A stretch of DNA of 64,000 nt from an uncultured Acidobacteriota bacterium. GTDB taxonomy: Bacteria > Acidobacteriota > UBA6911 > RPQK01 > JAPXNP01. The notes under the pieces were generated by a model. The model did no database searches. It was not told the origin of the DNA and saw nothing but the letters and a program-made list of their open reading frames with translations. A program made the translations under genes and the position numbers. Below are positions 28,299-37,485 of the stretch, piece after piece. The number at the start of each line of letters is the position of its first letter. The first letter of the stretch is position 1. The stretch spans positions 96,001 through 160,000 of the forward strand of contig CAVZRV010000029.1 of NCBI GenBank assembly GCA_963777605.1, read 5' to 3'.

Positions 28299-29369
28299 TC
28301 AGTACCAATTGCCATAGATCGTCTCACCCTTCTGGTGAGACTGATAGCAGGCATTGACGACCTCGATGGTCGCCAGACCGGCTCGTCCGTCCACGCCGTA
28401 CTTAGGTTGTTCATCGCGTAACACGCATTCGACGAAGTATTCGATTTCCGAAACGTAGCCGAGGTTGTAGAACTCATCGACAGCAGGTTTGGTCCAGCCC
28501 TTGTTGATGTCGGCCTTCTCGATGCTGTAGGAGATTTCGTCGGAGGAGTAGCAGGACACAGCCGAGCTGAATGTGAGATCGACCTTGATCACTCCTTTCG
28601 TGCCGTAGATCTCAATTTTGTCGTCCATGCCTCCGTGAGTGATGTAGTTGGATTCCGCAAAGGCGTACTGTCCGTCCTTGAAACGGAGCATGGCCATGCC
28701 GAAATCTTCGCCTGTGTTCTTCTTGTGAACGAAGTTCGCCTCGCCGCCTCCGGTCATCTTCCCGGTCACTTCAACCAGGGGATTCTCCTCGCTCCCCAGG
28801 AGGTAGAGCAGCCAGGTCACAGCGTGGCAACCCATGTGGAGGAAGACGCCTCCGCCGCAGGTGTCCTTGTTCTGGGCAAATGGAGAATGGGTCCCATTGT
28901 GAACTTCTTTCGCTTTCACGAAGAGGATGTCCCCGACAGCGCCCTCTTTGACGAGGGCTTCTGTGCGGATCAGGGCCGGAGCGTGGATCCAGTCCTCGGC
29001 GTAGAAGAGCTTGGTTCCGTTCTCGCGGCAAACCTCGACCATTTCCCGGCCCTGTTCGACACGGATGGCCAGAGGTTTCTCGCAGATGGCGTGGATTCCG
29101 GCCCGGGCGGCCGCCAGGACCACCGGGTGGTGCAGGAAGTTGGGGACGCACACCGACACCAGGTCGAGCCTCTCCTGCTCGAACATCTTGTTGTAATCGG
29201 TGTAGGTATTCGGAATGCGGTGCTTCTGAGCGATCGCGTCCAGGTTGTCGATGGCGGCGACGGCAGCGACCTCGACAAAAGGCAGCCTGCGGTAGGCATC
29301 GCAATGAAAATCTGCGGCAAACTTGGAGCCGACAATTCCAACCCGGAGCTTCTCTTTCACGGAACTCAC
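28299..29369 (-). CDS. Gfo/Idh/MocA family oxidoreductase
   Basis: VGIVGS, CVPNFLH, ICEKPLA, GGGVFLHMGCH. Confidence 0.9.
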   Translation of the reverse strand: MSSVKEKLRVGIVGSKFAADFHCDAYRRLPFVEVAAVAAIDNLDAIAQKHRIPNTYTDYNKMFEQERLDLVSVCVPNFLHHPVVLAAARAGIHAICEKPLAIRVEQGREMVEVCRENGTKLFYAEDWIHAPALIRTEALVKEGAVGDILFVKAKEVHNGTHSPFAQNKDTCGGGVFLHMGCHAVTWLLYLLGSEENPLVEVTGKMTGGGEANFVHKKNTGEDFGMAMLRFKDGQYAFAESNYITHGGMDDKIEIYGTKGVIKVDLTFSSAVSCYSSDEISYSIEKADINKGWTKPAVDEFYNLGYVSEIEYFVECVLRDEQPKYGVDGRAGLATIEVVNACYQSHQKGETIYGNWY

Positions 29370-29436
29370 CTCCCCGTAAGTCGCGCCTGAGGAGTTTAGC
29401 CCAGGCTGCCAGGCGCGACAACCACTAACCCGAGTT

Positions 29437-29690
29437 TCAGAACCGGCCGCCGTCCACGTCCTTGATGAACTTGATCAGGCCGTCGGTGTACACCTTCTGG
29501 TCGTCGTACAGAGCCAGATGACTGCCGTTCGGACAGTAGAGATAGCGTCCCTTGGGAAACTGTCCGGCCATCCACTCCATGTGTTTGGGGTCCATGGTGT
29601 CGTACTCGGCACCGATCACCAGCGTGGGCACGGAGATCCCGAGCATCCAACCAGGAGGAGTGTCACCGCCAAAACAGCCATTTTGATCAT
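29437..29690 (-). pseudogene. Proline iminopeptidase-family lipoprotein, internally deleted
   Basis: AGGAG RBS plus MIKMAVLAVTLLLVGC lipoprotein signal fused out of frame to the C-terminal ISVPTLVIGAEYDTMDP...GSHLALYDDQ. Confidence 0.7.
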
Positions 29691-29813
29691 GTGGGCTCCT
29701 GCGTTTCGTTGATGCCGAGGAGAATTCCGAGAGCGTGCGTTCATCTTAGCAGAGGTTTTATCGTTCAAAGAATGCTGCGGACATTTGAACCCGATTGATC
29801 TATTGTGAAGGGC

Positions 29814-30527
29814 ATGAGTCAGCAGGTCTCAGCTCTTCCACTGGTCTTGATCTTCACCATCCTTGGAGTTGCTGTTGCAGTCGCAGCCTGGTTGATCACC
29901 CGCCGTCGTGCGGCTGCCCGAGTGGAAGCACTCGGGCGGCAGTCAATGATGATGGGCTACACTTTCAGTTCCGGGCCGGTCAAGCCGGGTCAGATGGAGA
30001 AAAGCGGCCTCGAACCGGAGTTCGCGGAATCACTGAAGGCAATGCAGGTTTTTCAGAAGGGCCGAAGGCAGAAGATCTCAAACGTGATGAGTAAAGCCGA
30101 GGACTCCAACCGCCGGGAATGGATCTTCGACTTCCAGTACGAAACCGGGGCAGGCAACAATCGGCATCGAGTCCGCCAGACAGTTTTCGGGTGCCGCCAG
30201 CGCAACTGGTCGATCCCTGGTTTTACCCTTTACAAGGAAGGCTTCTTCTCCCGGCTCTTTGATGGCGCGGATATCGATTTCGAACAGGATGAAGAGTTCT
30301 CCCGCCAGTACCTGCTGAAAGGGAAGGATGAAACCGCAATCCGGCGTCTTTTTACCCCGTCAGTACGGTCTTTTCTAACCGGACGACGAGACTGGGCAGT
30401 GGAGGCGAACGGTGCCTGGGTTTTTGTCTACCGCAAGGGAAAGATCGTCAAGCCGGATGCCCTCATGACGGCGCTCAGTGACTTCAACCGGTTCGTCTCA
30501 GTTCTTGCCAACGAGCTGGAACGATAG
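29814..30527 (+). CDS. Hypothetical protein with N-terminal membrane anchor
   Basis: TM helix, then a soluble domain with DIDFEQDEEFSRQYLLKGKDETAIRRLF. Confidence 0.7.
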   Translation: MSQQVSALPLVLIFTILGVAVAVAAWLITRRRAAARVEALGRQSMMMGYTFSSGPVKPGQMEKSGLEPEFAESLKAMQVFQKGRRQKISNVMSKAEDSNRREWIFDFQYETGAGNNRHRVRQTVFGCRQRNWSIPGFTLYKEGFFSRLFDGADIDFEQDEEFSRQYLLKGKDETAIRRLFTPSVRSFLTGRRDWAVEANGAWVFVYRKGKIVKPDALMTALSDFNRFVSVLANELER

Positions 30528-30530
30528 ACG

Positions 30531-31220
30531 TCAGTAACTGAGTTCTCCCTTGAAAAAGAGTTCGTTGGTCTCGAACTCGACTTCAACCTTCATTCGTCGT
30601 GGCGTGTGGAGTTCGGTCGAGAAACGAATGGTCTGCCCTTTCTTCAGTTCGGGGCGAGAGAACCGGAACCATGCTTCACCGAAACTCGAGTCCTTGGGAG
30701 CGACGAACGTCTTCAGTGGGATTCGCTGCCGGTCGACGAGCAGGCGGGTCGCCTTTCGAACTGCAGCTTGGCCTTCCTCGTTCAGACGCCGGTGAAACGA
30801 CGGCGGGAAGACGATAACCGAGAGGACCATTTCTCCCGGCAGCGCAATCTGTGAAGCCAGTTCCAGAGTCTTTTCGTGATCCAGTTTGGCAGGCCGATAG
30901 ACGAAGTCTTCGGGCTGGAGCTGGAATGACTGCGCCATGGCAATCCGGATCGGCATGGCGGACTGGAGACGCACGCAAAAGCGGGCTTCCCGGCGGTTTC
31001 CATTTCGATCAAAGAAAGGCACCACCTTGACCTTGGCCCAGGGCGAAGTCCAGAGGACCGACTCGGCATCTTCCAGGGTCCAGGTTGCAGGATCAAGCTT
31101 GAGCCAGGGTTGGCCCGCGGCCTCGATCCGGGTCAGGCCCAATCCCAGACCCAGAACGAGGGCTGAGTACCCCCAAATGAAGAACGGTCGAATCATTGCC
31201 GTTGTCCGGACGAGATTCAT
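30531..31220 (-). CDS. Hypothetical exported protein
   Basis: Signal-like N-terminus, WTLEDAESVLWTSPWAK; TATAAT overlaps ATG 31220, so the real start may be 31196. Confidence 0.6.
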   Translation of the reverse strand: MNLVRTTAMIRPFFIWGYSALVLGLGLGLTRIEAAGQPWLKLDPATWTLEDAESVLWTSPWAKVKVVPFFDRNGNRREARFCVRLQSAMPIRIAMAQSFQLQPEDFVYRPAKLDHEKTLELASQIALPGEMVLSVIVFPPSFHRRLNEEGQAAVRKATRLLVDRQRIPLKTFVAPKDSSFGEAWFRFSRPELKKGQTIRFSTELHTPRRMKVEVEFETNELFFKGELSY

Positions 31221-31347
31221 TATAGCTTGCGCCGGTCAGGCCGTCCGGCGCAAGGGAATAATCGGGCGACGGGTGCGCTATTGCCCGCTCGTCAGGCGGG
31301 ATGCGCGGACGGTGGGCCGAAACCCCGGGTCTCTGGCCCGGTTCCGA

Positions 31348-31833
31348 TCAGATGCAGGCGATGACGTCCATCTCGACTTTTGAGCCTCCGGGAACGCCTC
31401 CGGCGACCCCGACTGTCGTTCGAACCGGGGGTTCCGGCCCGAACCGCCCCAGGAACACCTCGTTCATCGCCTTGTAGTCGGCGATGTCGTTCAGGTAGAC
31501 CTGGACCTTGAGAGCCTTCTCCATTGATGAGCCGGCGTTCTCCAGCTCTTTCTGAATCTCGTCGAGAACGTGAGCCGTGTGCGCCTTGATATCCCCCTCG
31601 AAATGGGCCCCCTTGCCGGAAATGAAGAGGAGATTTCCGTAAGAAACCGCGCCCGAAAAGAGTGGTGTGCTGGTCGGTTTCTCTCCCCTGTAATGAACCT
31701 TTTTCGACAGCTGCTCCGAATCCGAACCGGCTTGTCCTGGCGAGCTTCGAGCCGCGAGGGCCGCTCCTCCACCTACCGATCCAAGACACAGAAACTTCAA
31801 GATTCCCCTTCGCGTCTTTTCAAAATTGACCAT
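31348..31833 (-). CDS. RidA/YjgF family protein with Tat signal
   Basis: TRRGILK twin-arginine leader; LFISG, MNEVF, PVRTTV, VEMD. Confidence 0.85.
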   Translation of the reverse strand: MVNFEKTRRGILKFLCLGSVGGGAALAARSSPGQAGSDSEQLSKKVHYRGEKPTSTPLFSGAVSYGNLLFISGKGAHFEGDIKAHTAHVLDEIQKELENAGSSMEKALKVQVYLNDIADYKAMNEVFLGRFGPEPPVRTTVGVAGGVPGGSKVEMDVIACI

Positions 31834-32050
31834 CGCTCAACCTCCTCATCTGTCGGACTTGCGGGCCTCGCCCGGTTTCGGGCACCTTCTGGCAATCAGA
31901 ATAACCATATCCCCATCGGTACGCCAGCAAATCTCTGTCACTCCGCCTGTTGGGTTGGACTCTGGAGAAGTTCGCAGATCGCGCGCTTGCGTTCCTTTCC
32001 GGCAGAGATTAACGTAGGCCCATTCTCATCACTCGGTCAGGAGCGTCATT

Positions 32051-33670
32051 ATGTTGACAATAAAATCGCGGATCCGCCGTTCCGGGACGATTGGGCGGCG
32101 CAGGCTGTTGGGTGCAGGGGGCTTGGCCGCTGCTGGAAGCCTCCTTCCGTCAACCTCGGCGGCGGGGGCTGGTTCCGGGCTTGAAGCAGCCGTTGATGCC
32201 AGCATTTATCTCCCCCTTGGAGTTCGCCCGATGATCAACTGTAAGGGGACTTTCACGATCATTACCGGATCGCGGAGCCTTCCCGAGGTGAAGCGTGCCA
32301 TGCTGCTTGCTTCACAGGAGTATGTTCACCTGGATGAACTGATGGATGCGGTGAGCGCGCGACTGGCGGCGCTGACTGGAGCGGAGTGGGGAATCGTGAC
32401 GGCAGGATGCTCCGCAGCAGAGACGCTCGCGACGTGCTCGGCGATCGCCGGGGGTAACCCGGAGAACATCCAGCGTCTTCCCGACCTGACGGGCCTGAAG
32501 GACGAGATAATCATCCCGGCCTATTCGAGAAATGTCTATGATCACGCCATCCGGATGCTGGGAGTTCGCATTCTGACGGTGGCGAGCCTGAACGAAATGG
32601 AATCGGCCCTTGGGCCCAGGACCGCGATGGTTTATGTCCTGGCCTGTCCCGAAGACCAGGGCCCCCTGGGACTGGAACCACTGGCACGGATGGCCCACCG
32701 GTACGATGTCCCGGTACTGGTCGATGCCGCAGCAGAGAACCTGACGCCCGAGATCCATCTGAGGCGGGGTGCCGACCTGGTGGCCTACAGCGGGGGCAAA
32801 GCCCTTCGCGGACCTCAGGCGGCCGGCTTGTTGTTGGGGAGGAAAGATCTTTGCCGGGCGGCCTGGCTGAACAGTGCACCTCACCATGCCTTTGGGCGTT
32901 CCATGAAGGTGGGCAAGGAAGAAATCATGGGGATGCTGGCGGCCGTCGAGGGTTGGTACCAGCGAGATCACGAGGCCGAGTGGCGGCAGTGGGAATCCTG
33001 GCTGGGCACGATTGCCGACTCGGTCACACAGATTCCGGGTGTGGAGACTCGGGTGGTGCAGCCGGAGAGCCTGTCAAACAATGCCCCACGTCTCCGCATC
33101 AGTTGGGAGACCTGTCGGCTTGGAATCGGTGGCAACGACGTATACGATCGGCTGCTGGCCGGAGAACCCCGAATTATTCTGGCCGGTGGCAGGGGGACGA
33201 TTCAGGACTGTCCCGGCGGAGATTCAGAGAGCTGGGTGGAAGTCATGCCGTGGATGATGGGGCCGGGCGACGACCGGGTGGTCGCGGAACATCTGAGTGG
33301 CGTGCTGAGCCGCCCACCCCAAATTGCCAGGGTGGAGCGTCCGGCGGGTGAACCTGCCCGCGTGGACGGTTCCTGGGAAGTGGAACTGGCTTTCGTGCGC
33401 GGATCGGATCACCACCTGCTCTATCTGGAACAGGATGGCCACCGGCTGACCGGGCGACACCGGGGACGAACCCTGGAAGGGAACCTCCAGGGCGAGGTTC
33501 ACGGAAACCAGATCGGATTCCGAAGTTCTCAGCCATACGAGGGCACGCGGCTGCACTTCGACTTCCAGGGCACTGTGAGCGGGGAGTCGATGTCGGGATC
33601 GGTAGAGATGGGTGAATACGGACCCGCGGAGTGGTCTGCGCGCCGGCTGGATTACTCTTCGGGGGCTTGA
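32051..33670 (+). CDS. SelA-related PLP-dependent enzyme (DgaE-like) with Tat signal and extra C-terminal beta domain
   Basis: GRRRLL leader; INCKGT, VTAGCSAA, VDAAAE, YSGGKALRGPQ, GRSMKVGKEEIMG. Confidence 0.8.
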   Translation: MLTIKSRIRRSGTIGRRRLLGAGGLAAAGSLLPSTSAAGAGSGLEAAVDASIYLPLGVRPMINCKGTFTIITGSRSLPEVKRAMLLASQEYVHLDELMDAVSARLAALTGAEWGIVTAGCSAAETLATCSAIAGGNPENIQRLPDLTGLKDEIIIPAYSRNVYDHAIRMLGVRILTVASLNEMESALGPRTAMVYVLACPEDQGPLGLEPLARMAHRYDVPVLVDAAAENLTPEIHLRRGADLVAYSGGKALRGPQAAGLLLGRKDLCRAAWLNSAPHHAFGRSMKVGKEEIMGMLAAVEGWYQRDHEAEWRQWESWLGTIADSVTQIPGVETRVVQPESLSNNAPRLRISWETCRLGIGGNDVYDRLLAGEPRIILAGGRGTIQDCPGGDSESWVEVMPWMMGPGDDRVVAEHLSGVLSRPPQIARVERPAGEPARVDGSWEVELAFVRGSDHHLLYLEQDGHRLTGRHRGRTLEGNLQGEVHGNQIGFRSSQPYEGTRLHFDFQGTVSGESMSGSVEMGEYGPAEWSARRLDYSSGA

Positions 33671-33711
33671 GCGTGCGGACGTAAAGCAACAGCAACGGAA
33701 GGACAAAGGGG

Positions 33712-34842
33712 ATGAAATCAGGGCATTTGAACCGGCGTGGGTTTCTGGCGCTTTCGACCGGACTGGCCGGGACTGCGCGAACGGTGGCGTTCGGGCAGGG
33801 AGGGGCCGCGAGGGAAGCAGGGCCCAAACTGGACTGGCGCGACCTCCAGGATTGGGGAGTGGAAGGTCGGGGCTGGATTGATCAGAACCGCTATCGTTAC
33901 TATGACCGCCTTCCCGCCAAGGCCGAGAAGATGGTCCGGGACGCGGTGTGGAGCCTGAGCCGGGATTCAGCTGGGATGATGGCAAGGTTCGAGACCGATT
34001 CTCCGGAGATTCACGTCCGCTACCAGTTGTTCCGAAGTCGTCTGGCGATGTCCCACATGCCGGCGACGGGAGTGAGCGGGATCGACCTCTATGGCCTCGA
34101 CCCGGCCGGAAGCTGGCGCTGGATTGCGGTAGCACGTCCCGAATCGATCCATGTGCGGACCCGCTTGGCGGGAGGATTGGATCCGGGCACCCGAAAGTAC
34201 TCACTCTATCTCCCGCTCTACAACGGTGTTGACTCGGTTGAGATCGGAGTCGTCAAGGGAAGCCGGTTCGAGGGGATCCAGCCCCGATCGGAGAGACCGG
34301 TGGTGTATTACGGAACTTCAATCACTCACGGGGCCTGCGCATCGCGACCCGGGATGCCGCACCCGGCCATTCTGGGCCGCCGTCTCGACCTTCCGTCGAT
34401 TAATCTCGGGTTTTCGGGGAATGGTCGAATGGAAGCGGAAGTAGGAGCGTTGCTGTGCGAACTCGGGCCCTCGGTATTCGTGATCGATTGCCTGCCCAAC
34501 ATGAACGCCGATGAAGTCCGGGAACGGACCGTTCCGCTGGTCCGGCAGCTCAAGAAGGCGCTTCCTGAGTCACCGGTCATTCTCGTGGAGGATCGCAGCT
34601 TCACCAATTCCTGGGTGCTCGGCGAACGCCGGGAGCACCATCGCCGCAGCCGGGAAGAGTTGCGCAAGGCTTTCGAGCAGCTCCAGGCGGAGTCGATTTC
34701 CGGTCTGTTCTATCTTGAAGGCGAGCACCTGCTCGGGGACGACAGTGAGGGCGCAACCGATGGGTCCCATCCTTCCGATCTCGGGTTCATGAGGCAGGCC
34801 GACGCGTTCGAACCGGTCATCCGAAAGGCGCTTGCGTTCTGA
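33712..34842 (+). CDS. SGNH/GDSL hydrolase with N-terminal GxDLY domain and Tat signal
   Basis: LNRRGFL leader; GIDLY, YGTSITHG, NLGFSGNG, DCLPN, DGSHP. Confidence 0.88.
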   Translation: MKSGHLNRRGFLALSTGLAGTARTVAFGQGGAAREAGPKLDWRDLQDWGVEGRGWIDQNRYRYYDRLPAKAEKMVRDAVWSLSRDSAGMMARFETDSPEIHVRYQLFRSRLAMSHMPATGVSGIDLYGLDPAGSWRWIAVARPESIHVRTRLAGGLDPGTRKYSLYLPLYNGVDSVEIGVVKGSRFEGIQPRSERPVVYYGTSITHGACASRPGMPHPAILGRRLDLPSINLGFSGNGRMEAEVGALLCELGPSVFVIDCLPNMNADEVRERTVPLVRQLKKALPESPVILVEDRSFTNSWVLGERREHHRRSREELRKAFEQLQAESISGLFYLEGEHLLGDDSEGATDGSHPSDLGFMRQADAFEPVIRKALAF

Positions 34843-35232
34843 ACACCGAGGGATCGCTAAAACGGTTCACGTGCAGCCAGTTGCACTCACTGTGGTCCTG
34901 GTCGTAAATCCCACAATTTGGAGTGCTGGAAGCGACCGCTTCCGCTCTTGCCCAACGCGGAATGGTTCGGCCTCAGTCAGGAAGCGAAAGCTTCCGTTGC
35001 CCGTTAATGGATCCGCGCGTGTCACGGATTTTGGAGGCGTTCATGCCGCGCCATTCTCCCGGATGCCTCCGCCGGGGACTTGGACTCGGCAGGAGGGTTT
35101 GAGGCCCCGTCCGCTTGAGGTTTCCTGATGTCGCAACCGCGGCACAATCGAGGAGCTTTTCCCTGATTCCTCTGCAAGCAGATCCTGTCAGGGAGTGGCT
35201 GAATTCCGGGATTATCCATCTAAGATTTATCT

Positions 35233-35279
35233 CATCAATGGATTACAGGGACGATTCGATGAGTGGCACAGAAGTTGCT
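35233..35279 (+). promoter_or_regulatory. Sigma54 (-24/-12) promoter with upstream IHF-like site
   Basis: TGGCAC-AGAAG-TTGCT at 35264-35279; cATCAA-TGGA-TTA at 35233-35245. Confidence 0.75.
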
Positions 35280-35351
35280 TTTCCGTTCAGCGGTGAAACT
35301 TGTGTGCCTGGTTTGTGAGAATGGAAATTCGGAACCTGGGAATCCCTCAAG

Positions 35352-36050
35352 ATGAAATGTGCAGTTCAAGAAACATGGAAGACACCTTCGGAAGATCCGG
35401 AATCTCCGCGCTCACTCCTTGCCGACGGGCCCTTTAAGTCACTGGCGCACACTTGTCTCCCAGTGAGGTTCTGCCCAAAAGGAAATTGGCTCGTCACTCA
35501 GACAGACCGAATGGACTGCCTGTACATCGTTCAGGAAGGCCGCATGATGCTGACCCGGATGTCCTCGTCCGGGAAGGAGGTCATTCTCGATTTCGTTGGC
35601 CCGGGGCAGTTCTTTGGAGACGTCCCTCTTCTCAACGGGGGAGAATCGCCCTTTAATGCCCTGGCCATACAGCCGACGGCACTTCTTGTAGTCCGCAGAC
35701 TTGCTTTTACTACAGTCCTCGAGGATCCGGCGGCGGCCCGTGACCTGATGGTGGTGTTGGCGGGCCGGTGTCGAAGCGCATGGGAGCAAGTCGAACTGCT
35801 GGGTTGCGGTTCCCTGTCAGAGCGTCTGAACGCCGCGCTTCTGAGGCTGTGTCGGGAGCACGGTGTCCGGACATCTGAAGGGATCGAGATCCCGGTCAAC
35901 CAGTCGCAATTGGCATCGATGGTCGGGGTCACCCGCGAAAGCCTCAACCGGCAGATTCGGGACCTCAGGGAGCGAACTGTTCTTCAGATCAAAAAGGGCC
36001 CGCATCGGACTTCGGTGATCGTCAAAGAACCTGACCAGCTTTTCCAGTGA
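35352..36050 (+). CDS. Crp/Fnr family transcriptional regulator
   Basis: GKEVILDFVGPGQFFGD; HTH NQSQLASMVGVTRESLNRQI. Confidence 0.88.
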   Translation: MKCAVQETWKTPSEDPESPRSLLADGPFKSLAHTCLPVRFCPKGNWLVTQTDRMDCLYIVQEGRMMLTRMSSSGKEVILDFVGPGQFFGDVPLLNGGESPFNALAIQPTALLVVRRLAFTTVLEDPAAARDLMVVLAGRCRSAWEQVELLGCGSLSERLNAALLRLCREHGVRTSEGIEIPVNQSQLASMVGVTRESLNRQIRDLRERTVLQIKKGPHRTSVIVKEPDQLFQ

Positions 36051-36083
36051 ACCCAATGCCATTGATTCCGGGCGAACCAACGG

Positions 36084-37478
36084 TTACCGGGGTCGGATTC
36101 TGATTTGCCCCAGCGGGTACCATCCGTCGGGGCGGCGGCCCTCGATGGCGAGCTTCACGGCCGGTTTCTCTGTACGCTCGTCGAGGATGGCGATGTCCAG
36201 GTCGTATTGTCCGGGTGCCGTGTCGTAAGGGACAAAAACGGAACCGTCAAGGACGGAATCGCCGGGCAGCCAGCTGCGGACGTCACCATCGGTCACGAGG
36301 ATGGATTCCGATTTGCTGTCGCGGATTCTGAGGGCGACCCGGAAACTCCGGTAGCAGGGGGCGACGCCGAGGTTCTCCCACCAGCTCGTATATGAGAGTT
36401 TACCGTTGGCCGCTACCTCGGCGGGATATGTGAACTTCCTGAGAACGAACCGGTAGCCCATCTTCTTGAGCCAATGGTCCACGTTCGGTTCCCACTCCTT
36501 CGGAACCGGCGATGATTTGGCATTGAACGACGAGATGTGCCACTTCAGGGACTCGTCGATGATGTGGTCGACGTCCCAACCTTCCTCGAGCCATTTGCCC
36601 ATCACCCAGCAGATCTCCATGGTCACCGGAGCCTTCTCCCAGGCATCGGCCATCCCGAAGTTGATGATTGCCTCCGGGTAGTAGTCGTTCATGTGGGACC
36701 AGATCGGGCTGAATCCACCCATGTCTCCGAGGCAGTCGACTCGCCAGCCGACGTCGCGGCGGGAAAGCCCGTACCGGTTGGTCTTCCCGTCGGTTAGAAG
36801 CATCACCAGGGGGGTCTTTCGGAAGGAGTCGGTATAGGAATCGACCAACGCCTCTCGAGTCGCCTGGGATAGCAGCTCCGATCCGGCTCCTTCCCCCCAC
36901 GCTCCGACGATGGACACGTCAACGCTTTCCAGGTCCGGGTGGTCATCGTAACGTTGCCCGAGGGCCCGGATGAGACCGCCGAAGTACATGACGTAGCGCG
37001 GGTCCTCCGGGTTGGTCTGCCACTTCTCCTCGGGTTGCGGCTCCTCTTTGCCGACCATGGTTCGGTACCAGTCCGGCACGTCCCGCTCGAGGCCCGTTCC
37101 ATAGGGGGCAATCCTCAACATCAGAGATTGTCCTCTTTCATGAGCCGTATTGAGGGCCCGGTCGATCAGGTCCCATCGGTAAACGCCGGCTTCCGGCTCC
37201 ACGAATTTCCAGTAGACGCGGAAGTAGGCGATCGAGGTGTCGGGATAGTGATCGTTGGCGAGATCGCCGTCCCATTGCTGGTACTCAATTGGAAAGCCTT
37301 CGGTCCAGCCCAGGCCGGCGTTGAGATCGTCTCCGTTGAACCGTTGAAACGTCATGAACCCGATTCCAGGGTTGACGAGAACATCGTCGATTTCGGCGGG
37401 GCGGACGATTACCTCGCCCTGGGCCGGCAGGAGGGAACAGTTCACGAAGACTACGAAAATCCACGTAGCGATGCGCAT
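36084..37478 (-). CDS. Secreted DUF4832-type glycoside-hydrolase-like protein
   Basis: Signal peptide; NPGIGF, YFRVYWKFVEP, GAWGEG, KMGYRF, WENLGVAPCY. Confidence 0.7.
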   Translation of the reverse strand: MRIATWIFVVFVNCSLLPAQGEVIVRPAEIDDVLVNPGIGFMTFQRFNGDDLNAGLGWTEGFPIEYQQWDGDLANDHYPDTSIAYFRVYWKFVEPEAGVYRWDLIDRALNTAHERGQSLMLRIAPYGTGLERDVPDWYRTMVGKEEPQPEEKWQTNPEDPRYVMYFGGLIRALGQRYDDHPDLESVDVSIVGAWGEGAGSELLSQATREALVDSYTDSFRKTPLVMLLTDGKTNRYGLSRRDVGWRVDCLGDMGGFSPIWSHMNDYYPEAIINFGMADAWEKAPVTMEICWVMGKWLEEGWDVDHIIDESLKWHISSFNAKSSPVPKEWEPNVDHWLKKMGYRFVLRKFTYPAEVAANGKLSYTSWWENLGVAPCYRSFRVALRIRDSKSESILVTDGDVRSWLPGDSVLDGSVFVPYDTAPGQYDLDIAILDERTEKPAVKLAIEGRRPDGWYPLGQIRIRPR

Positions 37479-37485
37479 GATGGTC

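Noticed and set aside
32051-33670. True selenocysteine synthase SelA serving the nearby selenoprotein
   Set aside because: The Tat-like leader, the DgaE-like GRSMKVGKEE motif and the absence of adjacent selB point to the SelA-related catabolic family
34843-35230. Possible small gene or relic upstream of the sigma54 promoter
   Set aside because: No recognisable motif, RBS or consistent frame
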